DNA of 39,945 nucleotides from Synechococcus sp. GTDB lineage: Bacteria; Cyanobacteriota; Cyanobacteriia; Thermostichales; PCC-7336. Made by a program: the position numbers and the translations under genes. The stretch is taken from positions 1 to 39,945 of the forward strand of contig JBFRWN010000042.1 in the NCBI GenBank assembly GCA_051439605.1, written 5' to 3'. A model generated the notes under the pieces. That model did not search any database, was not told the DNA's origin, and worked only from the letters and a program-made list of their open reading frames with translations. Positions 17,129-27,402 of this stretch are shown piece after piece (within the stretch, counting starts at the first letter, position 1; every line of letters begins with the position of its first letter).

Positions 17129-18946
17129 ATGGAAATCTGGCCAGCGATCGGGATAGCTGCATTCCTACGCAAAATATGGCGGAATTTGCTTGGGGACTGG
17201 CGATCGCCGTTCGTCGTTATGCTGCTCTGCTGCGGATTGCTGGGCTGCAGTCTCTCCCCCGACGATCTCGAGCGCCCCTATTTGCTGGTATCGGAACTCA
17301 GCGACCCGGCAACATTTAATTACTATCTGTCCAACGATGCAGGTTCTCGGGCAGTGCTGGGCCCCACCCTAACCGGCTTGACTCGCCTCGATCGCGACAC
17401 CCTAGAGTGGGTGCCCGATTTGGCCGAGGGATGGGAGGTATACGACGACGGTCTGCGCCTGGTCTTCACCCTCAGGCCCGATCTGCGCTGGTCGGATGGT
17501 GAACCTCTCACAATTGAAGATGTTCGCTTCACGTTTGAAGATCTAATTTTTAACGAGAATATTCCGACCTCCAGTCGCGATGTCATGCGGATCGGGGAAG
17601 CCCAAACGTTGCCCGACCTCCGTGTTGTGGGCGAACGACAAATCGAATTTATTCTCCCCGAGCCGTTTGCCCCCTTCCTGCAGGTGGTCGGCACCCCCAT
17701 CGTGCCCAAACACATTTTGGCCAGCACGATCGAGCAGCAGGACTCAGAAGGAAATTCACTCTTCCGCACAACTTGGGGGCAAGACACTCCAGTTGACCAG
17801 TTGGTCGGCAATGGCCCCTTTGTGCTGTCTGCCTATAGCCCTAACCAGCGGGTGGAATATCAGCCCAATCCCTACTATTTCAGGCAAGGGGAAAATGGGA
17901 GTTCGTTACCCAAGCTGCAGCGATTTGTGCGCCAAATTGTCGCGTCCCAAGACAATCAACTGCTGCAATTTCGCTCGGGCAGCCTCGATTTTTACACCCT
18001 GAGAGGGAGCGATTTTCAGTTGCTCAAGCAGGAGGAGGAGAAGGGAGGCTTCACCATCCACAATCTCGGCCCCACCCTGAATAACAGCTTCTTTTGCTTT
18101 AATCAATCCGCCGGACGGAACCGTGAAACGGGCAAACCGCTGGTAGATCCCATCAAGAGTCGTTGGTTTAGGGATGTCACCTTTCGACAGGCAGTCTCCT
18201 TCGCGGTTCACCGCCAGCGTTGGATCGATAGCGTTCTGCGGGGGTTAGGAGCCCCACAAATCTCCCCGATTTCCCCTGCCAGCCCCTTCCATTTGAGTGC
18301 CGAGGATGGGTCTTTGCCCCTCTATCCCTACGATCCCGAGCGGGCTAAGCAGCTGTTGATCGATGGGGGATATCGCTATAACTCCAAGGGTCGCCTGCTG
18401 GATTCCGAGGGGAACTTCGTCCGGTTCACCCTGAATACGAACGTGGGAAACAGCGAGCGGGAGGCCATTGGCGCACAAATCGTATCGGATTTGGATCGCG
18501 TTGGGATCACCGTTGACTTTGTGCCGATTGAATTTGGCACGCTGGTGAATCAAATTACCAACACCTACGATTGGGATGCGGTGATGTTGAGTTTAGGGGG
18601 GGGAGGGATAGAACCCAATAGCGGAGCGAACGTGTGGCGCAATACCGGCAAGTTACATTTGTGGAATCCCGCAGGGGGGGACGGCCAGGAGATTGTCGAT
18701 CGCGTCGTCACCGACTGGGAAAGAGAAATTGACGATATTTTCAGCCAGGGAACCAAGGAACTGGACTTCGCCAAACGCAAGCAGCTTTACGATCGCTTTC
18801 AGGTCATTGTCCAGGAACAGCTCCCCCTGATTAGCACAGTCAATCCCCTCAGTCTGGTGGCTGTTCGCGATCGCGTCATCAATGCCGATCCCCACCCAAT
18901 TTTGGGAGACCTATGGAATTTAGACGAACTCATTATCGTGCCCTAA
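17129..18946 (+). CDS. ABC transporter substrate-binding lipoprotein, family 5 (peptide/nickel)
   Basis: LLGC lipobox, SDPATFN, PDLAEGWE, LRWSDGEPLTIEDVRFT, VGNGPF, NPYYF. Confidence 0.93.
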   Translation: MEIWPAIGIAAFLRKIWRNLLGDWRSPFVVMLLCCGLLGCSLSPDDLERPYLLVSELSDPATFNYYLSNDAGSRAVLGPTLTGLTRLDRDTLEWVPDLAEGWEVYDDGLRLVFTLRPDLRWSDGEPLTIEDVRFTFEDLIFNENIPTSSRDVMRIGEAQTLPDLRVVGERQIEFILPEPFAPFLQVVGTPIVPKHILASTIEQQDSEGNSLFRTTWGQDTPVDQLVGNGPFVLSAYSPNQRVEYQPNPYYFRQGENGSSLPKLQRFVRQIVASQDNQLLQFRSGSLDFYTLRGSDFQLLKQEEEKGGFTIHNLGPTLNNSFFCFNQSAGRNRETGKPLVDPIKSRWFRDVTFRQAVSFAVHRQRWIDSVLRGLGAPQISPISPASPFHLSAEDGSLPLYPYDPERAKQLLIDGGYRYNSKGRLLDSEGNFVRFTLNTNVGNSEREAIGAQIVSDLDRVGITVDFVPIEFGTLVNQITNTYDWDAVMLSLGGGGIEPNSGANVWRNTGKLHLWNPAGGDGQEIVDRVVTDWEREIDDIFSQGTKELDFAKRKQLYDRFQVIVQEQLPLISTVNPLSLVAVRDRVINADPHPILGDLWNLDELIIVP

Positions 18947-19065
18947 GCCAAACGGGCCCGTTTGAACTCGACTCAACGCAAGTCAAACCGAAGCAACTCC
19001 CCCTCCCCTCAGACCGTTCTCAGCTAGCTACATTAGGATAGCCGCAGCATTGTTTTGCAACCTCT

Positions 19066-19740
19066 ATGGTTTCCACCCCCACCACCACTCGCCAACCCGC
19101 CAGCCTCATCGTGGATGCCAGCGGCATCTCGCAACCCATGGGCCAACCCCCCAGCCAACTCCGCCGCTTCCCCCACCGCAGCCCCTATCGTCTCTATCGC
19201 TTCCTCAGCGATCTGGATGACTTAGTAGAGAACGTCAAAGACGATCGCGATCGCCTACGCATCGGATCCGAGCTAGTCCGACGACTGCTCAAACAGGCGA
19301 CCTGGATCGCCGATACATTGCCCATGCCCAGCGAAAACACCGGCTGGGCCGTCCATTCCCTTTACAAAGAGCCAGACTACCCCTTCACCATCCAAACCGT
19401 CTCTTGGCTACCCGGAAGCCCTTCCCCTGTCCACAACCACGCCACCTGGAGCTTAGTGGCCCTGATGGGGGACGAGTCCGCAGGACGAGAGCGCAACCGG
19501 CTCTGGAAGCGAGTGGACGATCGCTCCCGCAAAGGCTACGCCCAGCTGGAACTAGCGGAGGAAAAACTCCTCTATCCCGGAGACATTATTGGCTTTACCC
19601 CCAATGCCATCCATAGCGTGGAGCAGGAGGTTGCACCAGATTCTTGGTTCCCCACCTTCACCTTTAACATCTACGGGGAAACTCATTACCCCAATCGATT
19701 CGAGTACGACCCCGATCGCAACACCGTCAGTAATTTCTAG
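19066..19740 (+). CDS. Cysteine dioxygenase-like cupin
   Basis: WLPGSPSPVHNHATW and AIHSVE metal-binding His motifs; FNIYG. Confidence 0.8.
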   Translation: MVSTPTTTRQPASLIVDASGISQPMGQPPSQLRRFPHRSPYRLYRFLSDLDDLVENVKDDRDRLRIGSELVRRLLKQATWIADTLPMPSENTGWAVHSLYKEPDYPFTIQTVSWLPGSPSPVHNHATWSLVALMGDESAGRERNRLWKRVDDRSRKGYAQLELAEEKLLYPGDIIGFTPNAIHSVEQEVAPDSWFPTFTFNIYGETHYPNRFEYDPDRNTVSNF

Positions 19741-19845
19741 AATTAGCGTGTTCGCGAGATCTGCACGATGACCGCTACCTAACGAGAGAAGCCCATTGAG
19801 AATCTCTGGGTGGGGAATACTGAGTTTGGGATAGCTTAGAAACCA

Positions 19846-22122
19846 ATGTTCACTAAACTCCCCATTGCCGACGTTCCCCCCGAGCGGCTAGCCGCCCTCG
19901 AAACCATTCGCCTGCAGTTGCGGGAAAAGCAGCGAGTCCTGGCGGATTGGTCCGGCGGGCCAATGGCTATATCGGCAGTGCCTGGGGCTGGCAAGTCCAC
20001 CGGCATGGCAGGGGCCGCCGCGATCGCCATTGCCACCCACCAACTCCATCGCCACAAACAACTGTTGGTGGTCACCTTCACCCGATCCGCCGCCGCCCAA
20101 ATCCGCAACAAAATCCGCCAACACTTGCAATTGCTCAAGCTGCCGATGGGGGGCTTTTCCGTTTACACCATCCACAGCCTGAGTTTAGCGATCGCCCACC
20201 AACATCCAGACCTGTCGGGGATCGACGAAAGCATCTCTATTGTTTCGGAGGCGGAAAAGCGCCGTTTGCTGGCGACTGCCTGCGATCGCTGGATAGAAAA
20301 CAATCCGCAGCTATTTCAGGAACTGTTGGAGGGAGGGGGCTTTGACGGGGAAGAAAGCGAGCGGCAGCGGCGGGTGACAGTGTTGCGGACAGAGATTCTG
20401 CCGGATATTGCCCGCACCCTGATCCCAGAGGCTAAAAGTTCTGACCTATCCCCCCATCAACTGCAAACCATTGCCCGCCTGCCCATTCGTCAGGTAGAAG
20501 CCCCCGATGGAGAAGACTGGCTGCTGCCTCAGTACCCCATCCTAGACATTGCCGCAGAGCTATACCGACAATACGAAACCCTGCGGCAGGAGCGTCACCG
20601 AATTGACTACGACGACATGTCCAGGGCCGCCCTACGGGCTTTGGCCCACCCGCTAGTGCGGGAACAGTGGCAGCGACAGGTGTTTGCGGTGTTTGAGGAT
20701 GAGGCTCAGGATTCCAGCCTACAACAGCAACAGTTGCTGGAACTCTTGGCCCTCGATCCGGTTTCCGGTCAGGTTAACTTCGTGCGCGTGGGGGATTCCA
20801 ATCAAGCGATTAATTCCACCTTTACCCCCGCCGATCCCTTCTTCTTTCGCAAATTCTGCGACAATTGCCGCTCTCAGGGTGGCTTCCACGAGATGACAGA
20901 AGCGGGCCGCAGCCACCACCAAATTATTGCCGCCGCCAACCAGCTGCACCGGCAGGCCAACCAGCTTAGGGAGTGGGGCAGCAGCATTCCGTTCCGCATC
21001 CAAGATATTCATCCAGCCCCTCTTGGCGATCCGCAACCGAACGCCAACCCCGATGGGCCTGGCGTTGAATTGCACTTCCCCGCCAGTATCGTGACGGAGG
21101 CTACGTTAATCGGCGATCGCATCTCCCAACTACTGCAGGGAGACCCCAAGGGGAATGCCGCCGTCCTAGTGCGCTACAAATCTCAAGTGCAGTTCCTGTA
21201 CCGACAGCTCAAGTCGGTGGCCAAGTCCGCTGGTTTCCAGCTCTACGATGCAGGCCAGTCGGGGCGGCGATCGCAGGTACCCATCGAGCTATTGGCTCTG
21301 ATGCAGTGGCTCAATCGCCCCCATTCCCCCCAATTTTTGCATGCTGCCCTAGAGGTGCTACACGGTCGCAGCATCATTCCCAAACTCAACTACAGCCGTC
21401 TCTCCGGCATCCCCGAACAGTTTCTCTACCCAGGGCCGCTCGCTCCAGACCTGGAGTCCGCAGCAGTGCCCGTGCAGAAGCTTTGCCGCAGTTTGCTCAA
21501 AGCCAGTCTAGAACTCACCCCCACTGCCCTGCTGACGTTCTTGGCCCTAGCCCTGAAATACGATGCTAACGAGTTGGCTACCACCGACAAATTGGGCGAT
21601 CGCATCGGTCGTCAACTGGGGCTGGCGCCCTCACTGCGGCAATCAGTGGACAACCTGCAAGAAATTGTCGCTGATGCAGACTTTTCCCCCCTGGAGTCAG
21701 ATGCCGACACCCTGTATACCCGTCCCAATCAGCTCACTCTGATGACCCTCCACAGTGCCAAAGGGCTGGATTGGGATTACGTCTTTCTACCGTTCGTGCA
21801 CGAACGGACGTTTCCAGGGGATGTGCAGGCGTTTGTGCCGCAGGGGCACCGGTTTATCGGGGAATTTAACCTCACAGATGTAGCCCGGGCACAGTTGCGT
21901 GCCCACCTACACGAGCGGGAGATTCCCGATATTTTGACAGCTCAACGGCAGGCACATCAGCTCAAGGGGGCCGAGGAACTGCGCCTCCTGTACGTGGGCA
22001 TGACGCGGGCTAAGCAGCTGTTGCACATCAGCGCTGCTCGAGAAGCTCCGTTTACCTGGTCCAATATCAGCAATCTCTCTCCCCAGTCCCCGTCCCCACT
22101 GCTGGCTAGTCTGACACCTTGA
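19846..22122 (+). CDS. UvrD/REP-family SF1 ATP-dependent helicase
   Basis: AVPGAGKS, VVTFTRSAA, TIHSL, EDEAQD, VGDSNQAIN, TLHSAKGLDWD, EELRLLYVGMTRAK. Confidence 0.93.
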   Translation: MFTKLPIADVPPERLAALETIRLQLREKQRVLADWSGGPMAISAVPGAGKSTGMAGAAAIAIATHQLHRHKQLLVVTFTRSAAAQIRNKIRQHLQLLKLPMGGFSVYTIHSLSLAIAHQHPDLSGIDESISIVSEAEKRRLLATACDRWIENNPQLFQELLEGGGFDGEESERQRRVTVLRTEILPDIARTLIPEAKSSDLSPHQLQTIARLPIRQVEAPDGEDWLLPQYPILDIAAELYRQYETLRQERHRIDYDDMSRAALRALAHPLVREQWQRQVFAVFEDEAQDSSLQQQQLLELLALDPVSGQVNFVRVGDSNQAINSTFTPADPFFFRKFCDNCRSQGGFHEMTEAGRSHHQIIAAANQLHRQANQLREWGSSIPFRIQDIHPAPLGDPQPNANPDGPGVELHFPASIVTEATLIGDRISQLLQGDPKGNAAVLVRYKSQVQFLYRQLKSVAKSAGFQLYDAGQSGRRSQVPIELLALMQWLNRPHSPQFLHAALEVLHGRSIIPKLNYSRLSGIPEQFLYPGPLAPDLESAAVPVQKLCRSLLKASLELTPTALLTFLALALKYDANELATTDKLGDRIGRQLGLAPSLRQSVDNLQEIVADADFSPLESDADTLYTRPNQLTLMTLHSAKGLDWDYVFLPFVHERTFPGDVQAFVPQGHRFIGEFNLTDVARAQLRAHLHEREIPDILTAQRQAHQLKGAEELRLLYVGMTRAKQLLHISAAREAPFTWSNISNLSPQSPSPLLASLTP

Positions 22123-22147
22123 TAATCCCTTCTCCGTGGCAGTCGCA

Positions 22148-23113
22148 TCACGCAGAAAGAGATTTTAGATCGCATAAAACATCCTCTGCGGTGGCGTAGC
22201 GCGATCGCCAGTCCTGTTGCACCATCTTGCTCAAAATGGAGGATAGCCCGGGACCAATGGAATAAGTATCGAGGGACACCGGTCCCTCTGCTCCGCCATC
22301 GTGGAGATGGTAAGCGGGAATCCCCGAAATCGCTTCCAAGGCCACTATCCCTAAAGCATAAATGTCGCTATTCATGCGCGGTTTCCCCTGCATCTGTTCT
22401 GGGGATGCATACCCTCGCGAACCAATTGCCGTGGACGTGTTCCCCCATTGCCCCAGTAACTGCTTGGCTGCCCCAAAATCAATCAGGCAAAAGGTTTGGG
22501 AGGGGAGGGCCCGCACAATGTTCGAAGGCTTGATATCCCGATGAATAATGCCGCGGTTGTGAATAAAGCGCAACACGTCCAGCATCTGCTGCAAAAACTC
22601 GATGGTGTGGTGCTCGCTCCAGCAGCGCCCTGCCACCAGTAATTCTTTAAGAGAGGCCCCTTCGATATAGTCCAGCACGATATAGAAACCGCCATCCCCT
22701 TCAAAAGACTCCAGCAAGCGAGGAAGTTGGGGATGTTTCCCCAGCTTGGTCAAGATGCGAGCTTCGCGATACAAGAAACGCTGTCGGAGAACATCTGTAT
22801 CGTTGCTCGTCCCCTCTGCGTATCCTGTGGTCCCCTCAAGCCCTCCCCTGGGGGCTATGAGCTGCTTAATGACACATTGGTGGCTGGAGGGATGTAGAGG
22901 ATCGAAAGCCAGATAAGTGGTACCGAATCCCCCTTGAGAGATCGCGTGCAGAATCTGGTAGTGACGCACCTGTGGCCGGGGGGTTGCGGAAGGGGTCGCT
23001 ATACGCCAAGCCTCGGACCCTAAGGCACGGTAAAGCACAGAATTCGGGGCTAGCGCCTGGTGGGGTTGCGTTAGTGCCGAACTATCGGGGATGGTGTGGG
23101 GATCGATAGACAT
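22148..23113 (-). CDS. Serine/threonine protein kinase (Hanks type, kinase domain only)
   Basis: QGGFGTTY, CVIKQL, IHRDIKPSN, IDFG, YASPE, DIYALG. Confidence 0.95.
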   Translation of the reverse strand: MSIDPHTIPDSSALTQPHQALAPNSVLYRALGSEAWRIATPSATPRPQVRHYQILHAISQGGFGTTYLAFDPLHPSSHQCVIKQLIAPRGGLEGTTGYAEGTSNDTDVLRQRFLYREARILTKLGKHPQLPRLLESFEGDGGFYIVLDYIEGASLKELLVAGRCWSEHHTIEFLQQMLDVLRFIHNRGIIHRDIKPSNIVRALPSQTFCLIDFGAAKQLLGQWGNTSTAIGSRGYASPEQMQGKPRMNSDIYALGIVALEAISGIPAYHLHDGGAEGPVSLDTYSIGPGLSSILSKMVQQDWRSRYATAEDVLCDLKSLSA

Positions 23114-23352
23114 TGGCCCATTAGCGTTCGTGCGCTAATCGTTGGACTGGCGGTGGAATGGGACTGTACTGGCGCTTCCGAATACTTATTTCAACAGCAT
23201 CCGTGCTTAATGAACCATCAATCCCACGTAGATTCACTTGCCATGCTCTCGCTGGGACTAGCCTATCTCAATAGCAGTGCCTGCCGTATCCTCCAATACC
23301 TGTGGCCATTTCAGACTTGCACAGCGGTTTAAAACTTGTCTGTGGAACTCAT

Positions 23353-24855
23353 TCATTCATTTGCCTTGAATTGTTCGCCCTCTAGCTTTTTAATGCGCTC
23401 GCAAACTGATGCTGCCTTTCGAGTCTTATTGGAGAAAGACAGGAGAGGATCGGGAAAGTTTTGCAGGCGATCGCAAGCCACTTGTAGCCAACCGAGCCAA
23501 GACTCTTGCCCGGGCTTCACCATTGCGTTAAGGTCGCGTAAATCCCACATCCAAACCTTTCCTGCTAGCGTTCCGCAAACTATCTGGGTTCCGTCTTGGG
23601 CGACAGCCATTGCGGATACGCCATCAGCATGAGATGCCCGCATTTGTCGCAGAAGGCTACCGCGAGCATCCCAATGGGCCAGCTGAGGACCCCAGCCTGT
23701 AGACACCATTCCCCCTGCAGCATCAAACCCCACTGCTGTCACTGGTCCTTGATGAGCCTGCCAACTAAACCCTTGTTCAGCTGCCACATCCCACACAAAC
23801 AATTTTCCCCCCCAACTACCGCATAAGACGCGTTCCCCCGAACGATCGGCAGCCACACTGAGCAATTCGTCCAGTTCAAGCTCCTGTGGTGGATTAAGTT
23901 GAGCGTGAATTCGGTCCACTAACCGTTGTTTGTGTATGTCCCACATATACAAATACCCATCGCCCCCGGCCCCCAACAGCCAGCGACCCAATGGGTCGAA
24001 CTGCAGCTGATGAATTAAGCCTCCCTGCCCCGCAAGGGCCAACTGTGGCTGACCGTCCAGCGTCCAGAGCTGGACCGCCAAATCGGTACCTGTGGTGGCC
24101 AGAATAGTTCCATCAGGTGTCAACCCCAACGATAAAATCGCCCCTTCGTGACTCTGCTTGGATTGACTGATTGCTTCACCCATCCCGCTCCACAGCTGCC
24201 ACGTGCCATCGCTGCACCCGGTCACTAACTGTTGCCCCAAGGGGCCAAATGTCAGCGTTTGAACGAAACCGGTTTGGCAAGCCTGCCACTGGTGAAGAAC
24301 ACTGTTCTGTCGAGCGATCGACGAGATCTTTATCAGCGAGATATCCCCCGTTTCGCCGGCCACCGCCATCTGCTCACCGTTAGGGCTGATGGCGATCCCC
24401 TCTACCTTGCCAGTCCCCAAAGAGATGCTTCCTACCTGTCTTGCCCCCTCCAATGCCTGCTGCAACATCTGCTTCGCTGCAGGCGTCACCGTTTCCAAAC
24501 TCTCAAGACAGTCTCCTACTCGACATACCGCCTCGCACAATCTATCTAAGCTGCGCTGCTGCTCTTCGATGGGTTCAATGTCCTCTGCAGAAGCTGTCTG
24601 GTGCACCTGAGACAGCTTCTGGGTCATTATCTGCCACTCGTGCTCGTCACTGCGACGGATGTATTCCTGCACATTCGCAGGTAGTTCGCGGGCGATCTCA
24701 GGCATTTGCTGACGGGTCTGTTGCAAAAGTTCGCCGCAAAGTAACAGGTCCTCACAAGGGGTCTGCTGCCATTGTTGCCAAGCTTCGGTGATGCGATCGC
24801 GGAGATGAGGGGCTATAGAGTTACTGTTGCTGGAGTCCGTACCGCTAGAATTCAT
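23353..24855 (-). CDS. WD40-repeat protein with helical N-terminal region
   Basis: Repeated units such as AISPNGEQMA, TFGPLGQQLVTG..DGTWQLW, HEGAILSL, HQGPVTAV, HADGVSAM...WMWD. Confidence 0.9.
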   Translation of the reverse strand: MNSSGTDSSNSNSIAPHLRDRITEAWQQWQQTPCEDLLLCGELLQQTRQQMPEIARELPANVQEYIRRSDEHEWQIMTQKLSQVHQTASAEDIEPIEEQQRSLDRLCEAVCRVGDCLESLETVTPAAKQMLQQALEGARQVGSISLGTGKVEGIAISPNGEQMAVAGETGDISLIKISSIARQNSVLHQWQACQTGFVQTLTFGPLGQQLVTGCSDGTWQLWSGMGEAISQSKQSHEGAILSLGLTPDGTILATTGTDLAVQLWTLDGQPQLALAGQGGLIHQLQFDPLGRWLLGAGGDGYLYMWDIHKQRLVDRIHAQLNPPQELELDELLSVAADRSGERVLCGSWGGKLFVWDVAAEQGFSWQAHQGPVTAVGFDAAGGMVSTGWGPQLAHWDARGSLLRQMRASHADGVSAMAVAQDGTQIVCGTLAGKVWMWDLRDLNAMVKPGQESWLGWLQVACDRLQNFPDPLLSFSNKTRKAASVCERIKKLEGEQFKANE

Positions 24856-24981
24856 GCCACTGATTTCTGGAAAATTGGATGTCCTCCTCCGTTACGGAGT
24901 GGCCGCTCATAAGAGTCATCGAGCGACAGAGTGGTTATATACAACAGTAGTCGGTCACAGTTCGGTCTCCATCAGCCAGCG

Positions 24982-25461
24982 TCAGCGAATAAAGCGATCG
25001 AGTGCCTTTTTGAGTTCGTCCAATTCCACTTTGATATCTCCACTTTCGGCGGCATGGGCAATACATTCGGTGATGTGATCGTCGAGGATCAGCCGCGCAA
25101 CACGGTCTAGTGCCCCCCGCACTGCGGCAATTTGCAACAGTACATCGGGGCAGGGCTCGTGCCGATCGATCATTGTGCGAATGCCGCGCACGTGCCCTTC
25201 AATTCGGGCTAGACGGTTAATCAATTTTCTCTGGGCATTGGGATCGTGGACGTGCGGATGGGCTTTTGTTTGGGTGGATAGGGGCGTACCTTGCGATGAG
25301 ATGCTCGGGGAAGAAAGGGGTAACTCCTCTAGAAAGCTGTCGTCAATGATGTCTGCATGGGGGTCTTGAAGACCTATCAGGTCTTGAGAATCAGGATGAG
25401 TCTTAGGGCGATCGCCCGATTGTGACTCTGGACGGTTAGAGGCAGCTGAAGAGGTTGACAT
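24982..25461 (-). CDS. inrS: CsoR/RcnR-family metal-sensing repressor, InrS-like
   Basis: HPHVH...LINRLARIEGHVRGI...CPDVLLQIAAVRGALDRVARLILDDHITEC...ELKKALDRF closely matches cyanobacterial InrS as I recall it. Start uncertain; ATG 25461 chosen. Confidence 0.85.
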   Translation of the reverse strand: MSTSSAASNRPESQSGDRPKTHPDSQDLIGLQDPHADIIDDSFLEELPLSSPSISSQGTPLSTQTKAHPHVHDPNAQRKLINRLARIEGHVRGIRTMIDRHEPCPDVLLQIAAVRGALDRVARLILDDHITECIAHAAESGDIKVELDELKKALDRFIR

Positions 25462-25699
25462 GGTCGATGAAATGCAAAGGGTCAGGGTGATACGGGCTCT
25501 CATCCTAACTGAGATTTGGTGACCCACCCATTGGTTAAATAGTCGCCCACAGCCACCATTGCTCCATTGCTGAATATTCTATTGCCAAACTCTGGGACGC
25601 CCAGCAATTCAGGTCAATTTCAGTCCGGAGAGGATTCCACAACGAGCCAACATTTAACGGCAGCAGTCTACAGTGCCCGCTTTAGCACCAGACAACCGA

Positions 25700-26206
25700 T
25701 TAATATCCTGCCGGAAATTCAATAGGTTCTTCGGGTTCTGGGTGAAACTCGATGCTGGAATTGGTGGAACCGGACGGGAGATGAATAATCCGGTCGGGGG
25801 TCACCGGCACCATGTTTTCCCTTTGTGCTTGCTCGCGGAATGAATTATCAAACGACTCCGCAATAATCTTCAGATCCGGCTCCTCCCGCCTTAGCTTTGC
25901 CATCCGGCTGTAGAGATCGCGCCATTCCTGCTGGCTTTTGACCGCATCAACGTAGACAACTAACGACCCGACTGTTGCGAGTAGTGCAGCTCCAGCCACC
26001 ACCGTTTTCACCAGCTTCAGCCCCCTTAACCAGGCCGGCGATCGCGTTGGACGCGGAGCAAAATCAAGCACTTGTGCCGGCTGCACCGTTAGAGGTGTCT
26101 GTGTGGAACGAGAGGCGCGACGATGGCGACGACGATGGGGAGCCTGTGGCTCGTATTTCGGTAGTGGTAAAACCATGGGGGAACTAACTGTGGGTGAGGC
26201 GGGCAC
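25700..26206 (-). CDS. Single-pass membrane protein, cyanobacterial FtsL-like
   Basis: Basic/Pro-rich N-terminus, one TM segment (VVAGAALLATVGSLVVY), coiled-coil SQQEWRDLYSRMAKLRREE, MVPVTPDRIIHL, ends FPAGY; lies downstream of rsmH. Confidence 0.6.
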   Translation of the reverse strand: MPASPTVSSPMVLPLPKYEPQAPHRRRHRRASRSTQTPLTVQPAQVLDFAPRPTRSPAWLRGLKLVKTVVAGAALLATVGSLVVYVDAVKSQQEWRDLYSRMAKLRREEPDLKIIAESFDNSFREQAQRENMVPVTPDRIIHLPSGSTNSSIEFHPEPEEPIEFPAGY

Positions 26207-26421
26207 TAATCAAGAGGAGAGCCGAATCAATTGCTGCGCCGAATCAATCCATGCATGGAAGGGGGTGTATGCATTCCTGGCGCTGGGCAACCAGATATCT
26301 AAAAACCTCCAATCGGCTAATCCAAAAACGATCGTTCCAGATAGCTGCCAAAAAGGACGCTATGTCATCCGGGGAAATCATTCAGGGAAAAACCACGCGA
26401 TCTGGACGCAAAAACAGCAAC

Positions 26422-27312
26422 CTAGGGCAGTCGCTGGGCTACCCTTAGCTTTGCCGATCGCGCCCGAGGATTAGAGCGCAGTTCCGCTTCGCTAGCTTGT
26501 AAGGGTTTTTTAGTGAGCACTTTGAGGCGCTCATCCTGACGAAACCCCCACTTAACTCGGCGATCCTCAAGGCTATGGAAACTAATAATAGCCAGTCTTC
26601 CGGTGGGGCGCAGCCAGTCGGGGGCAGTTGCCAAGAAGCGATCGAGGACGTCCAATTCACCGTTGACGGCGATGCGCAACGCCTGAAACACCCGCGTGGC
26701 AGGATGAATCCGCCCGTAGCGAGCTTTGCCGGGGACGGACTCTCGAATGGCTTCCGCCAGTTGTGTTGTGGAGGAAAAGGGCCGCCGGGCAACGATTTGG
26801 CGGGCTATGCGTTTCGAAAATCGTTCTTCCCCATATTCTGAAAAAATTTTAACAAGCTCCCATTCATCTCGGTAATTCACCCAATCGGCTGCGGTTTCCC
26901 CACCGCTCTTGGGGTTCATGCGCATGTCAAGGGGGGCATCGTGGCGGAAGCTAAATCCTCGCTCGGGGCGCTCGAGTTGCGGCGAACTCACTCCAAGGTC
27001 GGCCAGGATTCCGTCAAACAGTTCGCTGGGTTTATAGTCCGCAAAGTTAGTGTGGAGAAATTGAAGGTCGACCTCGGGGGCCTCCACATACTCTGCCAAC
27101 CGTTCCCGAGCGGCTGCCAGCGCCTCCACATCTTGGTCAAGTGCCACAACATGCCTAGCCCCTGCTTCAATGAGCGCTAACGTATGTCCACCGCCGCCAA
27201 CAGTTGCATCTAAATACCGGCCCTCGGAATTGACATTGAGATAGGAGATTGACTCCTCCCGCAACACCGTCACATGTGCAAACGAACGTTCCAATAACCA
27301 GCACCTACTCAA
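26422..27312 (-). CDS. rsmH: 16S rRNA C1402 N4-methyltransferase
   Basis: [61 protein letters not shown]. True start may be a few codons later. Confidence 0.97.
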   Translation of the reverse strand: MSRCWLLERSFAHVTVLREESISYLNVNSEGRYLDATVGGGGHTLALIEAGARHVVALDQDVEALAAARERLAEYVEAPEVDLQFLHTNFADYKPSELFDGILADLGVSSPQLERPERGFSFRHDAPLDMRMNPKSGGETAADWVNYRDEWELVKIFSEYGEERFSKRIARQIVARRPFSSTTQLAEAIRESVPGKARYGRIHPATRVFQALRIAVNGELDVLDRFLATAPDWLRPTGRLAIISFHSLEDRRVKWGFRQDERLKVLTKKPLQASEAELRSNPRARSAKLRVAQRLP

Positions 27313-27402
27313 GCACTTCTATTGTCCCCATTGATTGTCTCGAATGACGATGTTTGAAATCGGTCTCTTGGTGAGCGGAGGTGACCGATTAGTTCTACAG
27401 CG

